DNA of 64,000 bases, taken from Azolla caroliniana (lineage: Eukaryota; Plantae; Polypodiophyta). Position numbers and translations under genes: made by a program. The first letter of the stretch is position 1, and each line of letters opens with the position of its first letter. The DNA lies in assembly GCA_043228905.1 (NCBI GenBank), contig JBHGNT010000018.1, positions 7,998,001 through 8,062,000 on the forward strand. Direction: 5' to 3'. Positions 38,327 to 50,099 of this stretch are shown one piece after another. The notes under the pieces are model-generated. The model saw nothing but the letters and a program-made list of their open reading frames with translations, was not told where the DNA came from and did not search any database.

Positions 38327-40339
38327 ATGTCTAGACCAAACGACAAGCACATCACCGAACGAGGGAGACGATACACCGAACGCGAGCAACGACGGGAAGC
38401 CCTGCAGCAAGCCGTCGACGAGATCCGGCGGGATCGGTCATTCTCCAAAACTCTTCGGAGAGTCGCAGAAGAAGCACTGCAGTTCCGGGTTCTGCAAATC
38501 CCCGACGAAGGCAGTAGCATAACAAGCCTGCAAGAGGCGGAAACGATACTACAGACGCTCGCCGGGGGCGACGGGGACTCGGAAGCATTCACAACACTTG
38601 AGGCGGAGTCGGAAAGCGACGGAAGCGTTGCGTCCCGGTATAAAAGCAGCCACGACACACCAAACGACCGGGAGGAAGAGGGGTCGGAAGTCTCAGTAAC
38701 ACCGGAGCTAGAGGAAGAAATAACCCTGGAATTCGGTGACCGGCAATCGCCGAGGGAGGCTGACCGGATACCGACAACAACCGCGAAGGAACCGAAGGAG
38801 CGGATACCGACAACACCCGCGAAGGAACTGAAGGAGCGGATACCGACAACACCCGCGGAGGAACCAAAGGACCGGACACCGGCAACACCCGCAGAGGAAC
38901 CAAAGGTTCTCACACCAACGCCAACAGCGGACAGAGAGCGGAGAAAGCAGGAGAGTCAGTTGGACGACACGATGCCGTACCCATACCCAAAGTACCGGGA
39001 TGAGGCCGACGCGGAGGCACACGTGTACGCATTCCTCCAAACATGGGAAGCCAATCATGTCTCCCAAAGACTGACGGAGCCCGAAGCCGAACGATCCAAA
39101 GTCGCCGAATTCGGCATAACCTTAGAAGGACCGGCGGCCCGATGGCACGCAAAGCACTTACCAGGCAGCTTTGCCACATTCGATGCCTTGAAGGCCAGAT
39201 TCCTCAGGCTTTTTCACAGACAAGTTGAGCAAAGGGAATTGGTCGGGCAGTTCTACACCACCCGGCAGGAAGAGAACGAGATTGTGCCACAATTCATCAT
39301 TCGGTTTCAGACCCTGCACAGCCAACTGACAAGAGCACCACCCGAAGACGAAGCCAAAGCAGTCTTTTTGGCCGCGTTGAAAGAGCCACTTCGAACAATG
39401 TGCGGAGTCCTTGACTTCCAAACCAGCACAATGGACCAAGTTATTGATCGGGTTTTAGAAATGGACAAGACTAGCCCCTTCTTGTCAATGGGGATGTTAC
39501 ACCGGGCACTCCCGAAGGAGGAAGACCTGAGGTTCCGACAGGCCTTACAATGCACAACATGCCTAAATTCGGGGCACTCAACAGTAGACTGCACCCTGCG
39601 GACACAATGTATGATCTGCAACTCTCGAGCCCATACAACGGACCGATGCGAATATAACCTGTTAAATCGGCAGGCAGCACCGGTTCGACACATAGAACCG
39701 CGCAATCAGAACCCGGATGAGGATCGATTCCGGAGAGACGACCGCTACCAACGCGAACGCGGTAACAGATACGCTGATAGAAGACGCGATAACTATGACC
39801 GAGAGGAGAGACGCAGAGATAGCTACCCCCGGGACCGGTACGACCGAGACGAATCCCCGGAATACGAACGACGCAGAGAAGAGAGGCGACAAGGGAACCA
39901 AAATTTCCGACGGAATCAGAAGCGTGGATTTTTCCGAAGAGAGGAACGTCGGGAGGCAGCGAGGAATGACAACCCGGTATCGGTACCGGATAACCGAAAA
40001 ACCGAAGACGACCGCCGGAGCATACCCACCCTCCAAACCGGGGACAAAGGAGAAACGAGCAACAGTCACAAGGTGTACTGTTATTACTGCCGTAAGGAAG
40101 GCCACTATAGTAACCAATGCCCAAGCAAAACCAATGACAAGCAGCCGGAAGTCAACATGGTTACAGCCGAAATACCAGAAGTACAGCAGGTCACAACCGG
40201 GTCAAAGGGAAAGACCGCTGAGTGGGAAGCCCATGAGGCAATCAGAAAACAAGCGGCACAATGGATCAAGCAGGCCAATGAACAGAATGCGGCAGAAGTA
40301 AGAGACCAAAATATGCCAAAAGACGAAGAAATCATATAG
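38327..40339 (+). CDS. Gag of element A
   Basis: Open frame with retrotransposon gag core (TLEGPAARW), three CCHC knuckles, 13-aa KEPKERIPTTPA repeats, RD-rich tract. Confidence 0.9.
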   Translation: MSRPNDKHITERGRRYTEREQRREALQQAVDEIRRDRSFSKTLRRVAEEALQFRVLQIPDEGSSITSLQEAETILQTLAGGDGDSEAFTTLEAESESDGSVASRYKSSHDTPNDREEEGSEVSVTPELEEEITLEFGDRQSPREADRIPTTTAKEPKERIPTTPAKELKERIPTTPAEEPKDRTPATPAEEPKVLTPTPTADRERRKQESQLDDTMPYPYPKYRDEADAEAHVYAFLQTWEANHVSQRLTEPEAERSKVAEFGITLEGPAARWHAKHLPGSFATFDALKARFLRLFHRQVEQRELVGQFYTTRQEENEIVPQFIIRFQTLHSQLTRAPPEDEAKAVFLAALKEPLRTMCGVLDFQTSTMDQVIDRVLEMDKTSPFLSMGMLHRALPKEEDLRFRQALQCTTCLNSGHSTVDCTLRTQCMICNSRAHTTDRCEYNLLNRQAAPVRHIEPRNQNPDEDRFRRDDRYQRERGNRYADRRRDNYDREERRRDSYPRDRYDRDESPEYERRREERRQGNQNFRRNQKRGFFRREERREAARNDNPVSVPDNRKTEDDRRSIPTLQTGDKGETSNSHKVYCYYCRKEGHYSNQCPSKTNDKQPEVNMVTAEIPEVQQVTTGSKGKTAEWEAHEAIRKQAAQWIKQANEQNAAEVRDQNMPKDEEII

Positions 40340-42683
40340 CCAGGAGAAAACCCGACGTAGCAAGCGCTACAAGACTGTCAAATCGTGTTGCCGTTAGCAC
40401 GACTACTACAGTTGGTGCCACGGTTTACGGCAGACTTACAGGCATCCGTGAGCAAACCGAAGCCGACGCCAGCACCGGCATTCTTCTCCAACCCGGAGGA
40501 AGGACCAGCGGTGGTCGATACAAGTAGCCCGACGATCACGGCAATCGTGAAAGGAAAGGAAATTGCTGGAACGATTATTGACGGAGGCTCCAAGGTAAAT
40601 GTCATCAGCCGACAGACATGCAACAACCTGGGCATCCGAGAATGGGAACCATGCCCCTTCTGGTTACGCATGGCGGATACCAGCTCAGTCTGACCGACCG
40701 GGCTTATCCGGGATTTGGAAGTAACAATCGGAGGCCACGTATTCCGGATATCGGCCGTGGTGCTGCAGCTGAATGTACAAGGCATGTACCCCCTACTGCT
40801 AGGACGACCATGGCTGCGAACGGTGCATATCAAGCAGAACTGGCAAAAGAACATGATCACATTCCGGCGAGGGAAAACAAAGGTACAAGTAACGACGCAA
40901 CCACGATTGATCACCAGTAAGGAAGCAACTCCATTGTATGCGGAAAGCATTAACATGTTGGAGGGATTACCGGACAAGGAAGTCGAGCGGTACCTCGAGG
41001 AACACCCACGAATCGTCCCAGTATTTGAGGTGGATATCACGGCGGCAGTAGAACCGTACATTACGACGCCGGATGAACCGGACCAAGCGGTGATCCGGGA
41101 ACTGCGACAAGCGCAGGAATCCCTAGAGAGGGAAATGACGATATCCCAGAGAGTAAAAGCATCCCAACTAGAGGAGGTGGACCTCGGCACAGCCGACAAG
41201 CCCCGACCGGTAAATGTTGCAAAGGAATTGCCGAAGGAAGAAAAGAAGGCAATGGTAGCATTATTAACAGACTTCAAGGATGTGTTCACGTGGTCGTACG
41301 AAGACATGCGAGGGCTAGACCCCCAGCTCTATCAGCACCAAATTCACCTAAGTACGGACGCGAAACCGATCGTTCAACGCAGGTACCGGATGAATCCGAA
41401 TTATGCGGCGAAGGTGAAGGAGGAAATTGATAAGCTCCTCCGGGTCGGATTTATCTGACCGGTCAAGCAGGCAACCTAGCTAAGTCCGATAGTGGTGGTC
41501 CCAAAAAAGAACGGCAAAATCCGGGTATGCGTGGACTACCGAAAACTAAATGCCGCAACAGTGACCGATGCGTTTCCACTACCATTTACGGACGGGGTGT
41601 TAGATGCGGTAGCCGGCCACGAAGTTTACAGCTTCCTGGATGGATTTAGCGGTTACAACCAAATACGAATGAACCCGGCCGACCAGGAGAAGACAGCATT
41701 CGTTACGGAATGGGGAGTGTTCGTCGTGGTCGTGATGATGTTCGGACTAAAGACGGCTCCAGCGACCTTTCAAAGGATAATAATGGAAATTTTCGGGGAA
41801 TATATCCCCGGTTTTATGCAGGTCTTCCTTGACGATTTCGCGGTCTACAGCCGGCACGGAGAGCATCTCGATCACCTCCGGTTGTGCTTGGAGAAGTGCC
41901 GCGAGTACCGATTGAGCCTGAACCCGGCCAAGTGCGTCTTTGGAGTGGCAAGCGGCAACTTACTAGGGCACGTGGTGAGTAAGGAAGGAATCGCGGTAGA
42001 TCCGGATAAAGGCAAGGCGATTCTCGAGGCACCAGCACCAAATAACGCAAAGGCTTTAAGCCGGTTCCTGGGCCAAATAAGGTGGCATAGCGGGATGATA
42101 CGGCACCTCGCAGACTTCGCTACACCGTTACATACCGTCGTACATAGGGTACCCTTCCTATGGGCGGAGATGGAGGAGGAAGCCTACCAAGCGTTGAAGG
42201 TTATGCTGTCGCAAGCTCCGGTGGTGCAACCGCCGGATTGGAGTAAAAGCTTTCATGTCTTCGTCGACGCGTCGGACGTAGCAATCGGCAGCGTTCTGAT
42301 GCAACTCACGGAGCCGAAATGGTACCGACCGGTGTACTACGCAAGCCGGAAACTCTCAAAAGCCGAACGGAATTACTCTACGACGGAACGCGAGGCATTG
42401 GGAATGGTGTATAGTGTCACAAAGTACAGGCACTATCTGCTCGGAAGGAAGTTTTCCTTCCATGTCGGCCATTCGGCACTACTCTACCTGGTCTCGAAGG
42501 CATCCCTGACGGGAAAAATTGCACGATGGACACTGCTGTTACAGGAATTTGAATTCGACATTTTCCACCGACCCGGGGCGCAGCATGCGGTAGCGGACTA
42601 CCTAAGCAGACTCGAATCCGGAAAAACAGGGGACGGCGTCCAGGATGAGTTCCCCGACGCCGAGTTGTTCCGGATCACGACGG
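40340..42683 (+). pseudogene. Pol of element A: protease, RT, RNase H; integrase absent
   Basis: IIDGGS, LLLGRPW, RVCVDYR, FLDD, FVDASD, VADYLSR; a few stops; ends in an A-rich tract. Confidence 0.92.
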
Positions 42684-43126
42684 AAAAAAAAAAAGAGAAA
42701 AAAAAAAAAAAAAAAGAAAAAAAAAGAAAAAGAAAAGAAAAAAAAGAAGAAGACGTGGGCAAAATCGACGCGAATCATAGTAATGATGGGGAGATCACAA
42801 GAGGTGGGAGCGCCACCATGCAACGAAGAGGCGCCATGCATTAAAGAAGGACGTGCGCGTACTTGCTATTTAAAGCATGGAACGTGGGCACTCACATGTG
42901 GCAAACAAGAAAGGACATACTAATTATGGCGGGAGAGGAACATGCGCGGGAAACGAAAAAGGGTGGCTCGAGGCAGAAGCCACTATATAAGACACAGGCC
43001 TGCGAAGGACTCACTTTTTACGAATTTTCCTACATACAGGCGGAGAAGCACAGAAGAGCGATCTGACGCACAGCGCACACACAGCCTGATCCCGAACAAC
43101 AGACAGCAGAAGAAGAATTCGAAACA

Positions 43127-45962
43127 ATGGTACTGTCGGAGGAGGCACGCCAATGGATGAGGGAGAACGGGTTAACAGGATTGTTGCGGATCGCCGACGC
43201 TCCACCACACGCAGAACCAGAGCAGGCGGCAGCATCGATCGATTTATCAGAAATCACGGAAGGAGCGGTGCAAGCGCTCACGGGGATAAAAGCAGGAGAA
43301 CTTCAAACAATCGAAAACCCTTCAAGTGAAATCCTGTTCGAATATTTCGGTGAGTACTCTATCAGCAGTAAGGCGTACCGAACACAGGGCGGAGAGAACC
43401 TGCTGTTCGGAGAAGTGGCCCGCGCCATGATGGAATACGGATTCGTGAATCCCCGTCCCCCGGCCATAGCCAGATACCGGGCAACGTTCTTAATAGCAGC
43501 GTACGAAGGCTTACAATTAGATTGGCTCCATTTCATAACTGAAGGATTGAAGGAGGCCATCAAGAATCTTGTGGAAGGAAAAAAGCCATGGGCCGGGATA
43601 GCACAATGGCTAACGGTGTTAGTCCCACCGGTGCTCCCCATCACACAAAAGAAAAGAGGTCGGCAGGAGACGACGCCGAAAAAGGTCACAAAGCGCCGAC
43701 AGATCTTGGAGAAACACACCCCCAGATGGACCCAACAAGAAGCAGAACAGCGGGGGGAAGGACCCTCCCGACAGCAACAGGAACCGGCAACAAAGGCAAA
43801 ACCGGCAGGAAAAGGCAAAGGGAAATCGGCCGAGGAGGAACCGGTAGCACGCAAACCAATCAATATAACGTTGCGACGGCCGGAACCGGAACCAGAGGTC
43901 TTTATACAAAAGGTCCGTCTGGTAGCCGCACCGGAGGAGGAAGCTGAAACAGAGGACTCATCCGAACCACTGGTAAGACTCCCAGCAAGGCAGGGTTGGG
44001 AGAGACGGGCGAAAGGACCGGCTCCACCAGTTGACAAAACTCAGCAGAGGGCGCAAGGACCACCTCCAGTAGCTGAGGTGGAAGCAGTACTGGAACCTGT
44101 ACCGAGGGAAGCAACACCGACACCGGTTGTGCCGGACTTCAGAGAACCGGTCATCCCAGAGAAGAAGAATGAACAAGCGCCGGAGCCAGAGAAAAGGCTG
44201 GAAAAATAGCCTGAGTTAAGTGAGCAAGGCCACCCCGACACAGGAAGAACAAAGCCACAATGGCTGAGATGGCTTTCGGAGCAGTTATCGGGAGTAGCGG
44301 ACCAGTTAGAGAAAGAAGAAACGTGTAGGCAACAGCTGACGCATACAACAACTCAGGAGTTGGTCGCGCTCCGAACACAGATCGAGGAAATGCAAGGGGA
44401 GCTGTTGCAGGCAAGGGAAGGAATTCAACAAGCACAAGTTGTCACCGAGCCGGCCGGGACAACAAGGAAGCAACCAGAACCGGAACCGGAACCGGTGGCC
44501 TTGCAAACCGGCCCTGAGACCGAAAAAATAATAGAAACCTTACGAGAGGAGTTAAAAGCTCAGGAGGCATTAAGGGAAAGAGAAAGGGAGCAGCAGAAAG
44601 CGGTGGAGGACGACAGACGAAAAAGGGAAGAAGGCCTCCGGAAAGGTCGAGCCACTAATGACCGACTACAAGAAGAAAAAGAGAAGCTGCAAAAGGAGAA
44701 GGACCGACTGCGTCGACATGCCGAGCAGGAGATAGAACGACTGAAGGAAGAACTCCGACAACAGAAGGACCGGGACGATCGGTTAAGAGCTCAGGCAAAC
44801 CGACGCCTGAAGCAGAAGACGAAGGAGTTCGACCGTCTCTACCGAGATCACAAGCAGGCCGAGTCGGACAACAAGAAACGGGCAGCAGACTACGACCGGC
44901 AAATAGAGAAGCTGAAAGAACAGCTCAAAGAGACCCGATTAGACCTGGCTAAGGCAATGGATGAGGTCAGTGCCAACAAGGAAGCATTGTTGGCGGAAAT
45001 AGCCCAAGCGACGGAGAGAAGGAAGGAATTAGAGGCGCTAAGGCGGGAAAAGTTGGATCTGACCAAGATCAGGAATGAAGAAAAGGAAAAATCGACCTTC
45101 ACGATCAACAAACTGCAAAGTACCTATGAAAAGCAGAAAGCGGATTACGAGGCCCAGGCTCAGGTAATGGCCGACATTATAAAACGGGCAAGGAAGGAAA
45201 AGCAAGAAGCTTATGCGCATGCTAAGGCGGGGGTTGACCGGATCAAGCTCATCATGTCAGGATGGAGTACCCGAGCTCAGGCAAGCATCAACGAAAGTAC
45301 GGAAAAGCTATGGAAGGAGTGGTCACAACAGGCAGCCGAGCTGCAGACACTCCGAGCGGATGCCGAGAATCGGAGGAAGACCGGTGACAAGTTCTACAAG
45401 ATGGATGAAGAAAGTATCGTCGCCATTCGGGAAGAATTGTCGGAGGATTTCTACACTTTAGCGGAAGAACATCTCAAAGAAATCCGAGGGTTGGTAGAGA
45501 GGTTGGATGACGGGCAGCTCGCAACTCAGTTGGAGTTGGAGAGATACGAGCAGGACCGGTTACGACAGGAAGCTAAGGGAAGAACGACGTCAATCACTAT
45601 AAGTGATGGAGAGCGACCGGCTGAAGTTGAACCAACCGACACCGAACAACCCCGACGAGGAATAACCGGAAGACACCAGAGCAGAGGAAGAAGGCGTACC
45701 GAGCCAACCAGTCGAGACTGGAGAAAGCGACACGGGTAACAGAACAGAGCTTGGAACAGAGGGAGAACAGGAAGAACCCGGACGAAGCAGTGAGGAAGCA
45801 CCGGCACCACAGAATCAAGCAGAGCTGGAGCAGCAAATTTTTACGGAACAGCCCACCCAACCGGAGGTCGGAGACCAGGTAGGCAAGGAACAGGAACAGG
45901 AGGAAGAAGCACCACTTGACACCATCGAGCAGAGTGTGCTCGATATTTTGGAGGAAGAATGA
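43127..45962 (+). pseudogene. Large extra 3' ORF of element A (globular N-terminus, P/E-rich linker, long coiled coil)
   Basis: ORFs 43127-44209 and 44360-45739 share a frame and are separated only by TAG stops; E/K/R-rich heptad-like C-terminal half. Confidence 0.75.
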
Positions 45963-46402
45963 GGCCGGGAGTGGATTCGAAGTGCAACGCACTTTCCCAC
46001 GGGCGTGCCATGTGTTGGCCGGTCAGAAGAGCAAGGACAAGTGGGAAGGCGGAGTCGGATCGGATAATAGGAAGTAAATAATAGTAGAATTATTATTCGG
46101 AGGGATGGATCTGGTACAGTTGTACCGATCCGGATCCGGACCGATTCGGATGTCGGTTGCCTAAGCGCACCGATTGTAACCTTGCCGGATGCCTATAAAA
46201 GGATCCGATGATTTGTAAAGGGTTTGACGAAAGTAATACAATAGTAATTATTGCGTGTTTATCTGTATCTTCGTATTGTTTACCGTCTGTGCTTAATTGT
46301 AATCATCTTACGCGTGTAACCTAGCATCCAATCCTTACCACCCCTTTGGAGAAGTGTCGGATAGACGCCTGTGTTGAGGCTAGTCCGGCTAGGCAGACAA
46401 CA

Positions 46403-47559
46403 GTCGTGAATCGTCGCCTACTCCAAGTCCATGCACAAGCCCAACAGACCGCCACCGACTAGCAAGAAGCCTCTACACAGAATGAGATCTTGGCCGCCGT
46501 AGTGAGGAGCGCCCTCCATACCAACGCATGTCAAGCCAGCGCCCACAACCTCCTCAAGCAAGAACTTCTTGCGGCACAAACCCGACACCAACAACTCGCC
46601 GACGAGTTCCACCAAGCCCGGACAACTTGGCACCACGACCAAGAACGCGCGACGCAAACACACGCCGAACTCTCTGCCGAGTACGTACGTCTCACCACCC
46701 AACACCAACACACGGAGTTCCACCTCGCAGCGATGACGCCTGACCTCTCTGCACGGTCCAACGCTCTGGCTACTGCCACTGCCACAACCCACAAACTCAC
46801 GAGCAAGATCACAACCCTCAAGGTTGAACACAACGCTATGGTCCAACAAGTAGAGGTCACCAATGAACGGAACAGATGTCTCCTCATCAAACACCGTTGC
46901 CAGTCCGCATACCTCGAGAAGGACATCACCCAACTCCGCACGACCAAAGCCGCCCTCGAGCATGCCCTCAGCCCCGGCATGACGGGCCCCTCCATCGTTA
47001 AGACACCTCTCCTTACCCCGCCCGGCACTCCAAATATTATTCAAGCGCTCTCGGTGTATGTGACCTCGACATTACTGCTCTCCGAACTCTTCACTGTACC
47101 ACATACCCCGCGTAAACTTCTCGCCCAAGCCACGTGCGTACTTCGGTCGTTGGCTGCTACATGTCGAGTGTTCTTTGACGAGACCACCCCCCAGATCGGC
47201 AAACATTCATCCGAGTACTCCCCGAAAACAACCACGCCCTCGCCCTCTTCATGTTGTACCAAGAAGCCACCGAGAATCCCTCACCCCGAGCCGGTGACCT
47301 CTTCCCCCAACATCTCCCTATTTTGTTTCTGAAAGGCAGGGCCTACCTCCACACCGCGATCGCCCCAGACTTAGACATCACCAATCTCGTATGTTTCGCC
47401 TACCCTTTCGATGTCATGATGCAAGTCACCGAAGACCAGCTAGCCCAACTTTTCACAACCCTGGTGCGCTTACACCGCATGAAATTTTCACCATTTGGTA
47501 AAATTGAAAAATGCCCAATTTTGGTCAAATACGAAATGCGCAATCACTACTATAGATAA
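46403..47559 (+). pseudogene. Continuation of element E extra ORF (coiled-coil-like)
   Basis: Resumes after TSD GTCGT; ORFs 46490-47332 and 47251-47559. Confidence 0.55.
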
Positions 47560-48063
47560 TATACAATTGTGACTCTTCCTCCTCATTTTCAAATGTACCA
47601 ATCAAATCATTGTCTTCACCAAATTGTGTCTCCAAATTGTGTGCAGTAAATCTTCTTCACCTTCAATCTGTGATATCTTCTAGACTTGGTAATATCTCTT
47701 TTATTATGTATATCGTTGTTGTCCTTAAACATCCAACTTTTGTCAGTGTAAAGTCATACACAATTATATCCGCCTAACTAATGTCAATTATAGATGTATT
47801 ACAAAGGTTTAATGCATCATCACGTCCAAAACTTTACCAATGCAGAATTGGTACCCTAGCTCATGGCCATCTACATGTGTCGTTATTAATATCCCCACCT
47901 TGAGTTTTTGCAATTTTCCTTGTCACCTGAGTTATGCTCGTGTTGTCATCCATTGTTCCACATAAATATTTCTCTGTTGTAGATGAACCAAACTATGAAG
48001 ATCCACATTAAGTGCTTGAAGTGGTGATTGAGAACCACGAGAATACTTTATCGACCATGTAAA

Positions 48064-49231
48064 TGACATTTGCAAGGTTCAATTACCATCAACCCAATTA
48101 TTAATGGTTTTTTGTTAATCAATGATGCAAATTTACACCATAAGGTATCTTATTATGCAACATACTTCTTTGCACTATCGATATGCATATTTTTCTCTTC
48201 TAAAAACAAAGATTTTAGTACGATTCAAGTTCATGTTTAAAAAACCTCTTTTATTTGAAAAACAAGAATATTTTTAAACATGAACTCAATATGTTGTATC
48301 AAGTTGATGTAAACAACAGAGTTTTGATCATAAATCCATAGAATGTATTGAATTCATGTTCGAAGTTTTTTTTACCGGATTTAAATTTTTTTTAATAATA
48401 ATAATTTGCCCTTGAGTTCATATAAAAACCAGATTTTTCATCACAATTCGATACAATGTAACGAGTGAATATTTAAAGTAAATTTTCCTAATTTGTTTTC
48501 AAGTTTTTTCAATTGTTTTAGATTTTTTTCATTTTTTTTATGGGAAAAAAATAATTTTAAACATGAATTCAATACATTGTATCGACTTGTGATGAAAACT
48601 CTAGTTTTTTCATCATTTATTAAACCTCAAAAAAAAAAACCAAAATAAATAGAAAAAAAAGAAAAAAAATTTAAAAACCCAAAAAAATGTATCGAGTTCA
48701 TGTTAAAAGCTTTTTTGGGGGGGTTTTAAAAACAATTGTTTTTTTTTCTTTTTTCTTTTTTTAAAATTGAAACAATTGAAAAAAATTGAAAAAAATCAAA
48801 AAATTAGAAAAAATTACTTTAAACATGAACTCAATACATTGTATCGAATTGTGATGAAAAATCTGGTTTTTACATGAGCTCAAGCTCAACTTATTATAAT
48901 TAAATTTTTTAAAATCCGGTCAAAGAAAATTTGAACATGAATTCAATACATTGTATGGAATTATGATCAAAACTCTATTTTTTACATCAACTCGATACAA
49001 AATATCAAGTTCATGTTTAAAAATCTTCTTGTTTTTCAAATAAAAGAGGTTTTTTAAACATGAACTCAAATTATACTAAAATCTATGTTTTTCCAAGAGA
49101 AAAAGATGCATATCGATACTACAAAGATGTATGTTGCACAACAAGATATCTTATGGTGAACATGTGCTACATTGATTAGCTAAAAACCATTAATAATTGT
49201 ATTGATGGTAATTGAACTTCACAAAATTGTA
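48064..49231. mobile_element. AT-rich foldback / long-TIR non-autonomous DNA element
   Basis: Left half is an imperfect reverse complement of the right half (GTTCAATTACCATCAA / TTGATGGTAATTGAAC; AAAAACCTCTTTTATTTGAAAAACAAGAA / TTCTTGTTTTTCAAATAAAAGAGGTTTTT); subrepeat AACATGAACTCAATACATTGTATCGA. Confidence 0.85.
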
Positions 49232-50099
49232 GGGGAATTCTCAGAAGGAAGAAGAGGATAACATTGTAGATACCTTGATAACTATGTGATATGTTCAAAT
49301 CGATATATTAATGTTCACATCTAAAGTTTGATAGTTTTGACAGTTTATGAATATCATCTATGTTAGGAATTGTGGATTTATCAAAATTGTTTATGAATAT
49401 TGTTTACATTTCTTGAGTTGTGAATTTATGGATGTTAATGAGCACTAAATTTATAGATGATGACATTAAGGATTGCAATGTTACCTCTTATACTTAAAAC
49501 ATTTTCAAGTCTAACAAAAGATGTAATCTTAATCTCATCAAGATGGTGAAACCATTAATCTTAACTTGTACCTTAAGTTAACCATTGTGATTTTCTTTAA
49601 GTTAACTACATTTCATATTTGCAAACCATCAACATTTAAACATTTACTGAAAAACTATTCAATTTTAGAAAAAAATTATCATTTTGAAACTTGTTAAATC
49701 TCAAAAAATTAGCAAATTTTACATGCTATTTAAAACATGTGATATTGGTGTATCAAGTTTTTGAAAATTGTTTAAAATCGCAAGATTATAAAAGGAATCT
49801 ATAAATGGAATGTGTGATCCTTCCACTTGTGAATGCGAACGTGTTTTCTCCATTTCCCCAAGAGTATCATTAAATGATATTATCTTCATGTACCCGTTTA
49901 TTGCCTCTTCCTCGCTCATAATCACGATTTCTCTAAGTTATTCCTCTAGGATTTCTATTTTAATATCTCCTCCATTAATGTTGCTAAATTTACACATGTA
50001 TCCCATTTTCAGAAAACAAGACTTCATATTCATTAATGGGTTGACAAATTTTATTACACTGAATTGGGGACATAGTTAGATGTCCTGGACTATTGTTGT

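Larger units (their letters stand above)
32365..46402 (+). mobile_element. Composite three-LTR gypsy element A (LTRs 32365-34686 interrupted by D, 37885-38274, 46013-46402)
   Basis: TSD GTCGT; three near-identical 390-bp LTRs TGTTGG..ACAACA; PBS TGG(C/T)GACCAC at 34693 and 38281. Confidence 0.93.
7850..47559 (+). mobile_element. Old non-chromovirus gypsy element E, host of five large insertions; boundaries approximate
   Basis: Reading frames rejoin across insertions (DFEY|VIEDF at 8394/11512; LLGRPF|L at 13682/18942; GDTH|PTT at 22414/24818); order gag, PR, RT, RH, INT, extra ORFs; no 3' LTR recognised. Confidence 0.75.

Noticed and set aside
45951-45964. GAGGAAGAATGAGG as the PPT of element A
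   Set aside because: About 50 nt from the LTR, overlaps the end of the extra ORF, and is not conserved in B or C
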